From Alphaproteobacteria bacterium (GTDB lineage: Bacteria > Pseudomonadota > Alphaproteobacteria > G965218375), in the NCBI GenBank assembly GCA_965218375.1, contig OZ244618.1, positions 594,794-658,793 of the forward strand: a stretch of 64,000 bases of DNA. Reading direction: 5' to 3'. The position numbers and the translations under genes are program-made. Shown one piece after another: positions 39,579-49,228 of this stretch (positions are counted from its first letter, which is position 1; each line of letters opens with the position of its first letter). Under the pieces are notes generated by a model. The model was not told the origin of the DNA and did not search any database. It saw only the letters and a program-made list of their open reading frames with translations.

Positions 39579-42392
39579 TTAAACCTTTTTTAGTGTGGCC
39601 TTTTTCGCAGTGGCCTTTTTCGCGGGAGCTTTTGTCTCAGGAGCTTTTGTCTCAGGAGCTTTTTTCGAAGCGGCCTTTTTCGCGGGAGCCTTTTTCGCAG
39701 GAGCTTTTGTCTCAGTAGCTTTTGTCTCAGGAGCTTTTTTCGAAGCAGTCTTTTTCGGAGCGGCCTTTTTCGGAGCGGCCTTTTTCGCAGGAGCCTTTTT
39801 CGCAGGAGCTTTTTTCCCAGCCTGGGCCATTTTTGCCGCGATCAACTCGACCGCCTGCTCTAAAGTAACATAGTCAATCTCCATATCTTTGGGAAGCGTG
39901 GCGTTCACTTTCCCATAGGAAATATACGGTCCATACCTTCCATCCATAATCTTGATCACCCCCCCCTCAGCAGGGTGATCCCCCAGACTACGCAATTCTA
40001 AGGCGCTCGAACGGGTCTGCTTAGACGCCGCTTCAGTAATCAAAACTACGGCCTCATCCAGGATGATAGTCAACACATTCTGATGACTTTTTAAACTAAC
40101 ATACTTTTTATTATGCAACACATAAGGCCCATACCGCCCCAGATCAGTTTTAATTTCCAAACTCGTTTCTGGATGGGTACCAACCACCCGCGGCAATGCT
40201 AGGTACTCTAATGCTTGTTCAAAGCCAATCTCTGAGGGGTCAACATTTTTTGGGATGGAAAAACGCTTTGGTTTTACATTATCGACCATCACACCCAGCT
40301 GTAAGTACTTTCCATAGGGACCATTGCACAGGGATATCTCTAATGACGTTTCTGGGTCAATGCCAAGGACCTTTGGATATGCGCCGCCCCCATCGCCCTC
40401 GCCATCTTTATTGACATCTAGCGGCCGCGTATACCGGCAATCTGGATAGGAAGAACACCCAATAAAGCCCCCATTACGCGAAGGTTTGATCATCAAACGT
40501 CCCTCACCACAGGAGGTACACTTTCGAGGGTCGACATCCGAATCCGTCACGGGGAAGAAGTGTACCCCTAACTCGTCATTAATAACTTGAGTGACAAACT
40601 CGCGATTACCAATAATTTTATCAATCAACTCAACCGAGTCTTTCACAGATAACGTCTGTTCGTCTTCAGAACGGCTAAACTGGCGCCAAAAGTCATGAAG
40701 AATACTCCGCCATTCAGCACGCTGCTCTGCGATATCATCCAATTGCTCTTCCAATTTTGCCGTAAAGTCATAATCAAAATAACGGCCAAAAAAGTGAACC
40801 AAGAATGTTGTCACCAACCACCCGACATTACTGGGTACGAAATAGCGTTTTTGTTCCATTTCCACATAGGAACGATCCCTTAAAACTGAGAGAATTGATG
40901 CATATGTAGACGGTCGCCCAACCCCTAATTCTTCCATTTTCTTGACCAAACTGGCCTCGGTATAACGGGCTGGGGGTTCAGTATAATGCTGGCGTGGCGT
41001 AATTTTTTCTGATAATAAACGATCCCCAGTTTGAACCATGGGCAAAAGACGATCTTGATCTTTAGCTGTCGCGGATTCCTGCTCATCGTCACGGCTTTCC
41101 ATATAAACTTTCAGGAAACCATCAAACAATAAGGTCGAGCCCGTTGCCCGAAACTCCGCAACTTCTCCCCTATCCTCAGAAAGGGCTGCAATATTAATTG
41201 TCACGTTCTGCAAACGCGCATTTTCCATTTGAGAGGCCAGACACCGCTTCCAAATGAGAGTATATAAACTCAGCTGATCTTTATCGAGAAAACGCGCAAC
41301 ATCCTTGGGATGATATGTGAAAAATATTGGCCGAATCGCCTCGTGAGACTCTTGAGGATTTTTAACCTTAGACTTGTGAAACCTAGGCTTTTCTGGAAGA
41401 TAGGGCGCACCAAACTCCTTCGCAATAACGTCCCGCGCCTCTTTAATAGCTTCAGGAGCTATGTAAAGGCCGTCTGTCCGCATATAGGTAATCAGACCCA
41501 CAACTTCACCATCAAGTTGGACCCCTTCATAGAGGCGCTGGGCAACATCCATAGTCCTTTTTGCATTAAACCCCAACTTACGGGATGCCTCTTGCTGGAG
41601 CGTGGAGGTCATGAATGGTGGCGCTGGCTGCCGTTTTGTTTCCTTAGAGAGGCGCTCTTTGACCTGAAATTGAGCAGACGAGACCTGGGTGACAATCTGT
41701 GTCGCTTTATCTTCGTTAGGAATACTAAACTTATCTAACTTATCTCCACCATAGTGGGTTAAGCGCGCGATAATCGGGGCATTCTCCCCTGTCTTAAGCT
41801 CCGCCTCAATAGACCAATACTCTTGACGAATAAAACGACTAATTTGATCTTCCCGCTCACACACCAGCCGCAAGGCAACAGACTGCACCCGACCAGCAGA
41901 CTTCGCCCCTGGAAGCTTGCGCCACAAAATCGGCGAAATGGTGAATCCCACTAAGTAATCGAGTGCTCGACGCGCCTGCTGAGCATTCACAAGATCAATA
42001 TCTAACTTACGCGGATTGGCGATTGCCTCAAGGACACTGTTCTTTGTAATCTGATTAAAGGTTACGCGATGAACCTCAACATTCTTAAGCGCCTTTTTTT
42101 CCTCTAAGACACTTAAGACGTGCCAGCTTATTGCCTCTCCCTCTCGATCTGGGTCAGTGGCAAGATACAATTTATCAGCAGATTTAACCGCCTTTACAAT
42201 AGCAGAAATATACTGGGAACTTCGGGTATCAACTTGATAGACCATTTCAAAGTCTTCATCAGGTTTTACTGAACCGTCCTTTGGTAGCAGGTCACGGACA
42301 TGTCCGAATGACGCCAAAACAGTATAGTCTGACCCTAAATATTTATTGATTGTCTTCGCTTTAGCTGGTGACTCAACAATTAGAACATTCAT
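39579..42392 (-). CDS. topA: DNA topoisomerase I with a C-terminal lysine/alanine/proline-rich histone-H1-like repeat tail.
   Basis: N-terminal Toprim MNVLIVESPAKAKTINKYLG. Active-site Tyr region (…ITYMRTD…). Zinc-ribbon (CTSCGEG…CSSYPDC). C-terminal 80 aa are KKAPAKKAPAKKAAPKK…KAPETKAPETKAPAKK repeats. Confidence 0.9.
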   Translation of the reverse strand: MNVLIVESPAKAKTINKYLGSDYTVLASFGHVRDLLPKDGSVKPDEDFEMVYQVDTRSSQYISAIVKAVKSADKLYLATDPDREGEAISWHVLSVLEEKKALKNVEVHRVTFNQITKNSVLEAIANPRKLDIDLVNAQQARRALDYLVGFTISPILWRKLPGAKSAGRVQSVALRLVCEREDQISRFIRQEYWSIEAELKTGENAPIIARLTHYGGDKLDKFSIPNEDKATQIVTQVSSAQFQVKERLSKETKRQPAPPFMTSTLQQEASRKLGFNAKRTMDVAQRLYEGVQLDGEVVGLITYMRTDGLYIAPEAIKEARDVIAKEFGAPYLPEKPRFHKSKVKNPQESHEAIRPIFFTYHPKDVARFLDKDQLSLYTLIWKRCLASQMENARLQNVTINIAALSEDRGEVAEFRATGSTLLFDGFLKVYMESRDDEQESATAKDQDRLLPMVQTGDRLLSEKITPRQHYTEPPARYTEASLVKKMEELGVGRPSTYASILSVLRDRSYVEMEQKRYFVPSNVGWLVTTFLVHFFGRYFDYDFTAKLEEQLDDIAEQRAEWRSILHDFWRQFSRSEDEQTLSVKDSVELIDKIIGNREFVTQVINDELGVHFFPVTDSDVDPRKCTSCGEGRLMIKPSRNGGFIGCSSYPDCRYTRPLDVNKDGEGDGGGAYPKVLGIDPETSLEISLCNGPYGKYLQLGVMVDNVKPKRFSIPKNVDPSEIGFEQALEYLALPRVVGTHPETSLEIKTDLGRYGPYVLHNKKYVSLKSHQNVLTIILDEAVVLITEAASKQTRSSALELRSLGDHPAEGGVIKIMDGRYGPYISYGKVNATLPKDMEIDYVTLEQAVELIAAKMAQAGKKAPAKKAPAKKAAPKKAAPKKTASKKAPETKATETKAPAKKAPAKKAASKKAPETKAPETKAPAKKATAKKATLKKV
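39597..39821. repeat. About 15 tandem copies of a degenerate 15-bp unit (GGCCTTTTTCGCRGG / AGCTTTTGTCTCAGG), with 75-bp higher-order periodicity, encoding the TopA KAPAK/KAPET tail.
   Basis: Seen directly in sequence. Lies inside the topA 3' coding end and generates spurious ORFs on the opposite strand in two frames. Confidence 0.8.
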
Positions 42393-42427
42393 CTTGCACT
42401 CATGTAGTAAAATTTACGGGCTCTACC

Positions 42428-43570
42428 TTAAATAATAATCTCTTCATCCATAGTACTAAGTGACACCATTTGTCCAGAGTATCTTTCTAATCGACCGGCA
42501 AGCTCCAGCTCTAAAAGTACACCATGTACTTCAGAAACTGAGCACTCCGAATAACGAATCAAGTGATCAATTTGTGTTGGCGTTGGACCTAAAAGAGAAA
42601 TAATATGTTTTCGTAGCTTATCTGTCACCTCATTTGCCATCATGGGCACCTGCTCAGAAGAATACTCATCATTATTCTCGGACAAGGGTCTCTCAACAAG
42701 AGGTAAAATATCCACTAAAATATCATCTGCAGTCTGAACCAATGTTGCACCATTACGGATTAAATCATTCGTTCCATAGGCGCGAGAATCAAGGGGATGA
42801 CCAGGCATGGAAAAGACTAATCGTCCTTGTTCACTCGCAAAACGCGCCGTAATTAATGACCCCGAACGTCGCTCTGCCTCAACCACGAGGACACCCAAAC
42901 TTAATCCTGAAATCAGACGATTTCTACGAGGAAAATGACGCGCCACAGGCACCATACCCACAGGAGCCTCTGAGATAACCAAGCCTTCGATAATAATTGA
43001 CTTATATAAATCAGTATTTTGTTCAGGATAAATATTATCAACACCTCCCGCAAGTACGGCTATGGTTCCAGACCGCCCCCGCATGCAGCCCTGATGAACC
43101 GCCGCATCAATCCCGCGCGCCATACCTGAAGCAATAACAAAGTCATTATCAGACAACCTCTGGGCAATAGAACTGGCAAACCCTTTGCTATTTGCTGACG
43201 CATTCCGCGCTCCCACAATCGCAAAACAAGGCTGTTCTAATAAGTGGGTATGACCGCGACACCATAAAATTGGTGGGGCATCATTACAGTGTAATAAATA
43301 CTTAGAGTAAACAGAATCTTGATAGGTCACTAACTGGGCGCCCAAAGACTCGCCTGCATATATCTCACGTTTTATTTTTTCCAGACTCGGAATCTTCTTT
43401 GGCTTTTTCTGACCTCCACGGCGGGCTAATTCAGGAATTGCCTCAAGCGCAGCATCCGCAGTACCAAACTTTTGTAACAGCTGCTTATAACCAACAGGAC
43501 CTACGTTTTCAGTACGATACAAACGTAAAATAGAAACACGAGACGACTCCGAGGACACGGTCACATTCAT
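42428..43570 (-). CDS. dprA: DNA-processing protein DprA (Smf).
   Basis: Rossmann-like DprA core with IASGMARGIDAAVHQG…GTIAVLAGGVDNIYPEQN. Conserved dprA-topA adjacency. Confidence 0.85.
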   Translation of the reverse strand: MNVTVSSESSRVSILRLYRTENVGPVGYKQLLQKFGTADAALEAIPELARRGGQKKPKKIPSLEKIKREIYAGESLGAQLVTYQDSVYSKYLLHCNDAPPILWCRGHTHLLEQPCFAIVGARNASANSKGFASSIAQRLSDNDFVIASGMARGIDAAVHQGCMRGRSGTIAVLAGGVDNIYPEQNTDLYKSIIIEGLVISEAPVGMVPVARHFPRRNRLISGLSLGVLVVEAERRSGSLITARFASEQGRLVFSMPGHPLDSRAYGTNDLIRNGATLVQTADDILVDILPLVERPLSENNDEYSSEQVPMMANEVTDKLRKHIISLLGPTPTQIDHLIRYSECSVSEVHGVLLELELAGRLERYSGQMVSLSTMDEEIII

Positions 43571-43855
43571 AACCTTTCATTATGCAATCAAATAATAATT
43601 TTGCCTTCTAACTTAATATAAAAAAACATATTTTATAAATAAAATCTACTGGTTTCGCAATCTTTCATATAAGAGGCGTTTTCATTACAGTCCCGCCATT
43701 AAGAATTATATCTCCTCTTTCACCCCAAGTACGCCCCCCTTCCACGTACTCCATAACATGCAGTGATCCTAAAAAGTAACGTAAACAAATATATAAAATA
43801 AATGTACAATTTTAAATTGTATTAAAGCGTGTGGTGTGGTTTACTTGGTCGTACT

Positions 43856-44290
43856 ATGGTATATTTGAGAAAAAAACTGATCAACCTTTTTACCGTCATA
43901 CTGCTGATGACCCCGCATGCATACGCCCGTGACATCCATATACCGTTTTCGGTGACTAGAGTTATTGATGGGGATACATTTAGTGTATCCATAGAGCTCT
44001 GGCCGAATTTAAATAAAACCGTCAATATTCGGATTCGAGGCGTTGATACGCCTGAAGTCTACGGATACAAGTGCACGCAAGAGAAACAACTTGCACTTAA
44101 GGCTAAAAAGTTTTTAGAAGAAGCCCTCTCCTCTGAAAATGTCATCATGGAAGATATTCAATTGGGGACCTATGCAGGGCGGGTAATCGCCACAATTATT
44201 GTCAATGGCCAAGACATAAAAGATATCATGATTACAAAAAAGATTGGACGACATTACACAGGAAATAGTAAAAAACACTCTTGGTGTTAG
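43856..44290 (+). CDS. Secreted thermonuclease / SNase-like (micrococcal nuclease homologue). ATG 43856 preferred over the GTG 43829 track start.
   Basis: Signal peptide then VIDGDTFSV…IRIRGVDTPE…, the SNase catalytic motif pattern (IDGDT, R-x-x-G-I/V-D-x-PE). Confidence 0.7.
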   Translation: MVYLRKKLINLFTVILLMTPHAYARDIHIPFSVTRVIDGDTFSVSIELWPNLNKTVNIRIRGVDTPEVYGYKCTQEKQLALKAKKFLEEALSSENVIMEDIQLGTYAGRVIATIIVNGQDIKDIMITKKIGRHYTGNSKKHSWC

Positions 44291-45606
44291 CTTAAAGGGC
44301 TGGAGTAAACAACTGTTCCACCCACAACCGTATACCGGACTTTACCTTGCATAAGCTTGCGATCAAAAGGTGTATTCTTTGATTTTGATTTTAATTTATA
44401 GGTATCTAATCTCCAGCCCTTATCAGGATCAAAGACGATAAAATCTGCGGGCCTTCCTGGCTGCAGGACCCCTCTTTTTTCCCCCAGGATTTTTGCTGGA
44501 TTGACTGTGAGAGGTCGCAAGACATCAAGCAAAGACATATGAGAATTGTGGTACAACTGTAAAGATGCTGATAAAAGACTTTCCAAGCCAACAGCGCCAC
44601 TTTGGGCAATATCAAATGGTTGTCTTTTTGAGTCAATATCCCAAGGGACATGGTCACTGGCGATAATATCAATCCCTCCGCCCTTAAGACCCTCAATCAT
44701 CATGAGGCGATCTTCTTCAGACCTGAGAGGGGGAATCACTTTTGCAAATGTCCGATAGTTCATCACTTCATTTTCATTTAAACAAAAGTGATGGGGCGCA
44801 ATGGAACAGGTGACGTTTAATCCTTGCTCTTTTGCCCTCAACACTACCCGCACACTTTCAGCAGTGCTGATACCCGTTGCATGATAGGTGCCTCCCGTCA
44901 TCGCAACCAGACGCAAATCACGCTCCAACATGATCACTTCCGCCATAGGGGAGCATCCTTTAAGTCCCATACGTGTAGAAAGATGACCTAAATTCATCAC
45001 CCCTTTACTGAGACTCGGCTCTAAAGCCTGCTGGATAATTAACGCGCCACACCCCTTGGCATAGGATAAAACCCGCGCCATAATCTGTGCATTAACAATC
45101 GGGGTATGTCCATCTGAGAAACCAACGGCGCCCGCTTCAGAGAGCATTCCTATTTCCGTTAACTGATTTCCCTGTAATTTTTTAGTGGCAGCCGCAACCA
45201 CACGCACATTTACCAAAGAGTCCACGGCTGACCGTTGCTGCACGTATTTCAGCACAACAGGGTTATCAATACAGGGATCTGATTCAGGAGAGGCAACCAT
45301 GGTCGTCACGCCCCCAACGGCCGCAGCCTGCCCCGCTGTCACAATAGTTTCCCGATTCTCAAACCCTGGCTCCCCCAGCATCACGCGTATATCAATCAGT
45401 CCAGGAGCAAGAGACAACCCACCGCAATCAACCAGACTAACATCCTCCAAGAGGCCTCCCGTAAAAATACCCGCACCCACATCAAGAATATGATCACCCT
45501 CAATCAGCAGTCCGCCCTCAGATCCTGTTTGCACATCCGTACCGCTTTCAGGATCTAATAATCGAACGTTGGTATACGCAGTTTTCTTTTTCACCAGGGA
45601 CGTCAC
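44287..45606 (-). CDS. Dihydroorotase-like protein with degenerate metal-ligand motifs. Likely a non-catalytic PyrC'-type ATCase partner.
   Basis: Amidohydrolase-fold DHOase-like protein of 439 aa. The canonical D-x-H-x-H reads [12 protein letters not shown] (both His replaced) and the DHAPH region reads ASDHVPW. Overlaps the pyrB stop by 4 nt. Confidence 0.65.
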   Translation of the reverse strand: MTSLVKKKTAYTNVRLLDPESGTDVQTGSEGGLLIEGDHILDVGAGIFTGGLLEDVSLVDCGGLSLAPGLIDIRVMLGEPGFENRETIVTAGQAAAVGGVTTMVASPESDPCIDNPVVLKYVQQRSAVDSLVNVRVVAAATKKLQGNQLTEIGMLSEAGAVGFSDGHTPIVNAQIMARVLSYAKGCGALIIQQALEPSLSKGVMNLGHLSTRMGLKGCSPMAEVIMLERDLRLVAMTGGTYHATGISTAESVRVVLRAKEQGLNVTCSIAPHHFCLNENEVMNYRTFAKVIPPLRSEEDRLMMIEGLKGGGIDIIASDHVPWDIDSKRQPFDIAQSGAVGLESLLSASLQLYHNSHMSLLDVLRPLTVNPAKILGEKRGVLQPGRPADFIVFDPDKGWRLDTYKLKSKSKNTPFDRKLMQGKVRYTVVGGTVVYSSPLS

Positions 45607-46613
45607 TTTTCTGTTTCCTTGACTGGTTGACCTTTTTCATCAAACCCATTAAGCCAGCCTCTTGTTTTATCTTTATGTAAAAGTAAATCAAGGCAGGCCA
45701 TACGCACCGCAACCCCCATTTCAACCTGTTCTGCAATTAAACTACGCAGAATATCATCAGCCACATCTGATGCAATCTCAACACCTCGATTCATGGGCCC
45801 TGGGTGCATAATCAGCGCCGTTGGCTTAGCGTAGGCCATTTTTTCCCGAGTAAGTCCGTAAAAATAGGAGTACTCATGGGTGCTTGGGATAAAGCCGCCG
45901 TCCATACGCTCATTTTGCAAACGCAACATCATAATAATATCGCAGTCTTTCAGGCCTTCGCTCATATCATGAAAAACTTGGACACCTAAGGCTTCGATAC
46001 CAGAGGGAATTAAAGTTGGGGGCGCAATAAGGCGCACACGTACGCCCATGGTATTAAGTAAATGAATATTGCTGCGCGCGACCCTACTGTGGGCAACATC
46101 CCCACAAATGGCCACATTCAGACCATCCAACTGACCGTAATGACGACGAATCGTCAGGGCATCCAAAATCGCTTGCGTAGGGTGCTCATGCATACCATCC
46201 CCAGCATTTATTATGGCGCAGTTAACTTTTTCAGATAATAAATTCGCAGCCCCTGAAGCAGAATGTCGGATCACTAAGATATCAGGTTGCATGGCGTCAA
46301 GGGTCGTGGCCGTATCTAAAAGGCTCTCTCCCTTCTTGATCGAGCTGCTCATAACCGGCATGTTAATCACATTCATTCCCAAACGCTTACCCGCCAACTC
46401 AAAACTTACCATGGTTCGGGTTGAGTTCTCAAAAAAAACATTAATTTGGGTGCGACCAGCAAGCGTAGTGCGGTGTATGTCCTTATTTTTATTTTCTTGG
46501 GCGTAAAGTTCAGCTCGATCCAGCAATAAGTGAATATCTGGCGGTGTTATACCTTCCATACCAAGCAGATGATCAACCGATAAATAGTTTGCAGATAACA
46601 CATTCGATGCCAT
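45603..46613 (-). CDS. pyrB: Aspartate carbamoyltransferase catalytic subunit.
   Basis: [20 protein letters not shown] (STRT carbamoyl-phosphate motif), [14 protein letters not shown]. Confidence 0.9.
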   Translation of the reverse strand: MASNVLSANYLSVDHLLGMEGITPPDIHLLLDRAELYAQENKNKDIHRTTLAGRTQINVFFENSTRTMVSFELAGKRLGMNVINMPVMSSSIKKGESLLDTATTLDAMQPDILVIRHSASGAANLLSEKVNCAIINAGDGMHEHPTQAILDALTIRRHYGQLDGLNVAICGDVAHSRVARSNIHLLNTMGVRVRLIAPPTLIPSGIEALGVQVFHDMSEGLKDCDIIMMLRLQNERMDGGFIPSTHEYSYFYGLTREKMAYAKPTALIMHPGPMNRGVEIASDVADDILRSLIAEQVEMGVAVRMACLDLLLHKDKTRGWLNGFDEKGQPVKETEK

Positions 46614-46964
46614 AATTTACTTACAACCCTTAAGGTTTAACCTTGAAAACTTTTATACAGGCCCATGATAGTTCGTTAATACCCGTGGCACCAATGGCGC
46701 GACTTCTCCAATAAACCTAAGGCTTTTATAAAGTACCGTCAACGGGTTTTACGAGAACACCTCGCAACAAAAATATAAGCATAACCAACAAAGTACGTGT
46801 ACACATTTTTTACCGTATTTCCTACAGGCTGTAAAGTCCATACTCAGCCCTAAAAATAAAGGGGGTATTGCAAAAAGTTATAAGTACGCCTTGAGCATAA
46901 CGCTTTAAGGGGAGACGCTTCCCCTTATAGACTCTTAAACAGAGGGCACCATATCTGATTTATC

Positions 46965-47789
46965 TTATGAGAACAATTCATCCAAGTCATCTTGAGACAT
47001 TAAGCTGTCAACCTTACTTTGATCAATTTTCTCAACTTTTGAATGATGAACTGAAATTGTTTTATTCAGACCATCAACACCTTTTGGATCAGCTTCAACG
47101 GTAAGCTTGCTCATGTCTGTCATGCCCCAGATTTCAATTATCTTTTTTATTTTTTCTTCAATTAACTTCAAGGTGTTCACAACTTTGGTAATTCTCTGAC
47201 CAGTTAAATCTTGAAAGTTACAACTCTCAAACATACGCATAGTGTTATTAGTTATTTGTTCAGAAATATCTAGCAGATACTTGCTCTCCCCCGCCGCAGA
47301 CGCTAACCGATTAGATAAGTCATCAATTTCTTCTGCAAGGTCCATAATATTTTGGGTCGCACTCTCTGTATCTTTAACAACAACATCCAATTCATAGGCG
47401 ACATCTTCAATACGGTTGCCATCATCTCCACGGGGACGATACAAGTGTGCAATTTCTTTTTTTACAGAATCAATAGTATAACTGAGGGCATAAAGCTCAT
47501 TTTCCATGTAAGAAATCTTTTTTGTTTCTTGTTGTACTTTTTTCTCGGCTTCTAAAACTTCTTCATCTGTTACAACCTCTTCTTCTTCAGGTTCGTCGGA
47601 GAGGCTCTTGATGATGCGGTCTTCTATTTTTTCCATCAACTGCGCATTTAAAGGTTCTAAAATCTCATGAAGAATACTTTTCATTTCCATTGAATTTAGA
47701 TTTGGCGAACCAGATGACCCATGAGCCTGACCAATACGTTCAAGTAAACGACGCTCTTGGGTATACACTTTAGGAACAATATGCGACAT
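46965..47789 (-). CDS. CheZ-like CheY-P phosphatase family protein (orphan).
   Basis: Contains NFQDLTGQRI (the CheZ D-x-x-x-Q catalytic motif context FQDLTGQ). Acidic C-terminal peptide SQDDLDELFS resembles the CheY-binding CheZ C-terminus. Coiled-coil-rich, 274 aa. Confidence 0.55.
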   Translation of the reverse strand: MSHIVPKVYTQERRLLERIGQAHGSSGSPNLNSMEMKSILHEILEPLNAQLMEKIEDRIIKSLSDEPEEEEVVTDEEVLEAEKKVQQETKKISYMENELYALSYTIDSVKKEIAHLYRPRGDDGNRIEDVAYELDVVVKDTESATQNIMDLAEEIDDLSNRLASAAGESKYLLDISEQITNNTMRMFESCNFQDLTGQRITKVVNTLKLIEEKIKKIIEIWGMTDMSKLTVEADPKGVDGLNKTISVHHSKVEKIDQSKVDSLMSQDDLDELFS

Positions 47790-47968
47790 GATAACTCCAT
47801 AAAAAAAATAACATAGTCAGCATATATATATTCCAGTATTAAAATACTACACAATGATCCTAAAAATAATTCAGATATACAATTTTTTTAATCCGTTACT
47901 TAAATAAACAGAAAACACTTACCAGATAGGGTAAAATACTTTTTATTTTATATTAAAATAATCTAAAG

Positions 47969-49228
47969 TTATTCTTCAGCAATGCTGGCTGGCACCCAGT
48001 CAATTGTCTCTCTTTTCCCACAGACTTCACACAGGTATGCCCACCTTTTGACGGTCACCTGACAGCTATGACATTTCCAAACTGCCTGTTGTCGCATGGG
48101 GGGAGCTTCACGTTGAAAAACGTCGAAATTTTGCTCATCTAAATGAGCGCTTACCTTCATCAGGTAATTATAAACTGGTTCAGTTGGGGTCTGATAATAC
48201 AAAGTCTTTAAGACATCAATTGCTTCTCGACTCTCCATTGCAGAGGACAAGACAACTCCAAGCAATAAACGCGCCGCATAGCCGTCTGGATCATTTTTTA
48301 TCAGCTTTCGCGCTTTTTTTAAAATCACATCTGGTTTTTCATGGGCGGTTAAAGACGTAAATACATCAATAAAATCAGGATGAGCGCCCCGTCTCCAATA
48401 GTCCTGTAAGAGAGTGAATGCTTGGCGATGCTTACCTAGGTGGATCAGTACCTCAACATGCAGGGCCAAGGACGGAGACCACGAAGAAGCATAAGAGCAG
48501 GCGCTTTTTGCCGCATTTAACGCCTTATCCGCATCCCCACCTTGTAATGCTAAACGCCCTGATTCAACCAAAAGTCTGGCACGATGTTGCTTGGCTTCAC
48601 CGTCCTCACCTTCCACCATGGAGGCGGCTACCTCCCAATTATTATGCTCAAGGGCAAAGACATACTGCGCCTTTCGGAACCAGGGTGCATCAGACGCCAC
48701 CGTTGCGGCAAGCTGTAAAAGCTCCGGATAGACTTCCGCATCGGTATTTATTTTAGGTTCCTTAATTAACTCACTCAGGGCAAAGGGCATTAAGTCCACA
48801 TCCTCTAAAGCCTCCTCTAAACCTGAAATTTTAGCGTCATCACTTTTCAAAGCCGCAGAAAAAGTTGCGCCCAAAAGATAATCAGGACTTTTTTTACTCA
48901 GATGGACACACTTTGCCTGCGCCTTATCCTTCAAACCCGCAGTAAAAAGACTAAAACCATATATGAGGGAACGCAAATCGCGGATACGACGTTCACTTTT
49001 ACGTAGTCGCTGGTTATAGACAAGACTCTTTCGCACCGTGGAGATACCCATGCCTAGAAAAAACACAGCAAAGGCCACAATCACAATCAAGAACATGCCG
49101 ATACGCGTTTGCAAGGTTACGCGCCACTCGCCCAGTTCGATAATCGTGAGACCCTCATAGGACCATATAAAAATCACCAAAAGGGCTTCTAATGCAATAA
49201 GAGAGATATAAAATAATAACCTAATCAT
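47969..49228 (-). CDS. hemY: HemY-like TPR membrane protein (heme-biosynthesis-associated). Start at the internal Met, directly abutting the upstream stop.
   Basis: Two N-terminal TM helices, TPR-like helical repeats, and C-terminal Cys pairs (CHSCQ…CEVCGK). Position after hemC-hemD-hemX as in the conserved operon. Confidence 0.6.
   Translation of the reverse strand: MIRLLFYISLIALEALLVIFIWSYEGLTIIELGEWRVTLQTRIGMFLIVIVAFAVFFLGMGISTVRKSLVYNQRLRKSERRIRDLRSLIYGFSLFTAGLKDKAQAKCVHLSKKSPDYLLGATFSAALKSDDAKISGLEEALEDVDLMPFALSELIKEPKINTDAEVYPELLQLAATVASDAPWFRKAQYVFALEHNNWEVAASMVEGEDGEAKQHRARLLVESGRLALQGGDADKALNAAKSACSYASSWSPSLALHVEVLIHLGKHRQAFTLLQDYWRRGAHPDFIDVFTSLTAHEKPDVILKKARKLIKNDPDGYAARLLLGVVLSSAMESREAIDVLKTLYYQTPTEPVYNYLMKVSAHLDEQNFDVFQREAPPMRQQAVWKCHSCQVTVKRWAYLCEVCGKRETIDWVPASIAEE

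Noticed and set aside
39597-39821. Possible CRISPR array suggested by short regular repeats.
   Set aside because: Units are 15 bp with no unique spacers. They are directly tandem and lie in frame inside topA, so this is a coding pentapeptide repeat and not CRISPR.
39497-39873. Two plus-strand ORFs (39497..39718 and 39595..39873) giving FFAGAF/ELLSQ repeat proteins.
   Set aside because: They are alternative-frame, opposite-strand read-throughs of the topA 15-bp tandem repeats with no independent start context. An artefact of the repeat periodicity.
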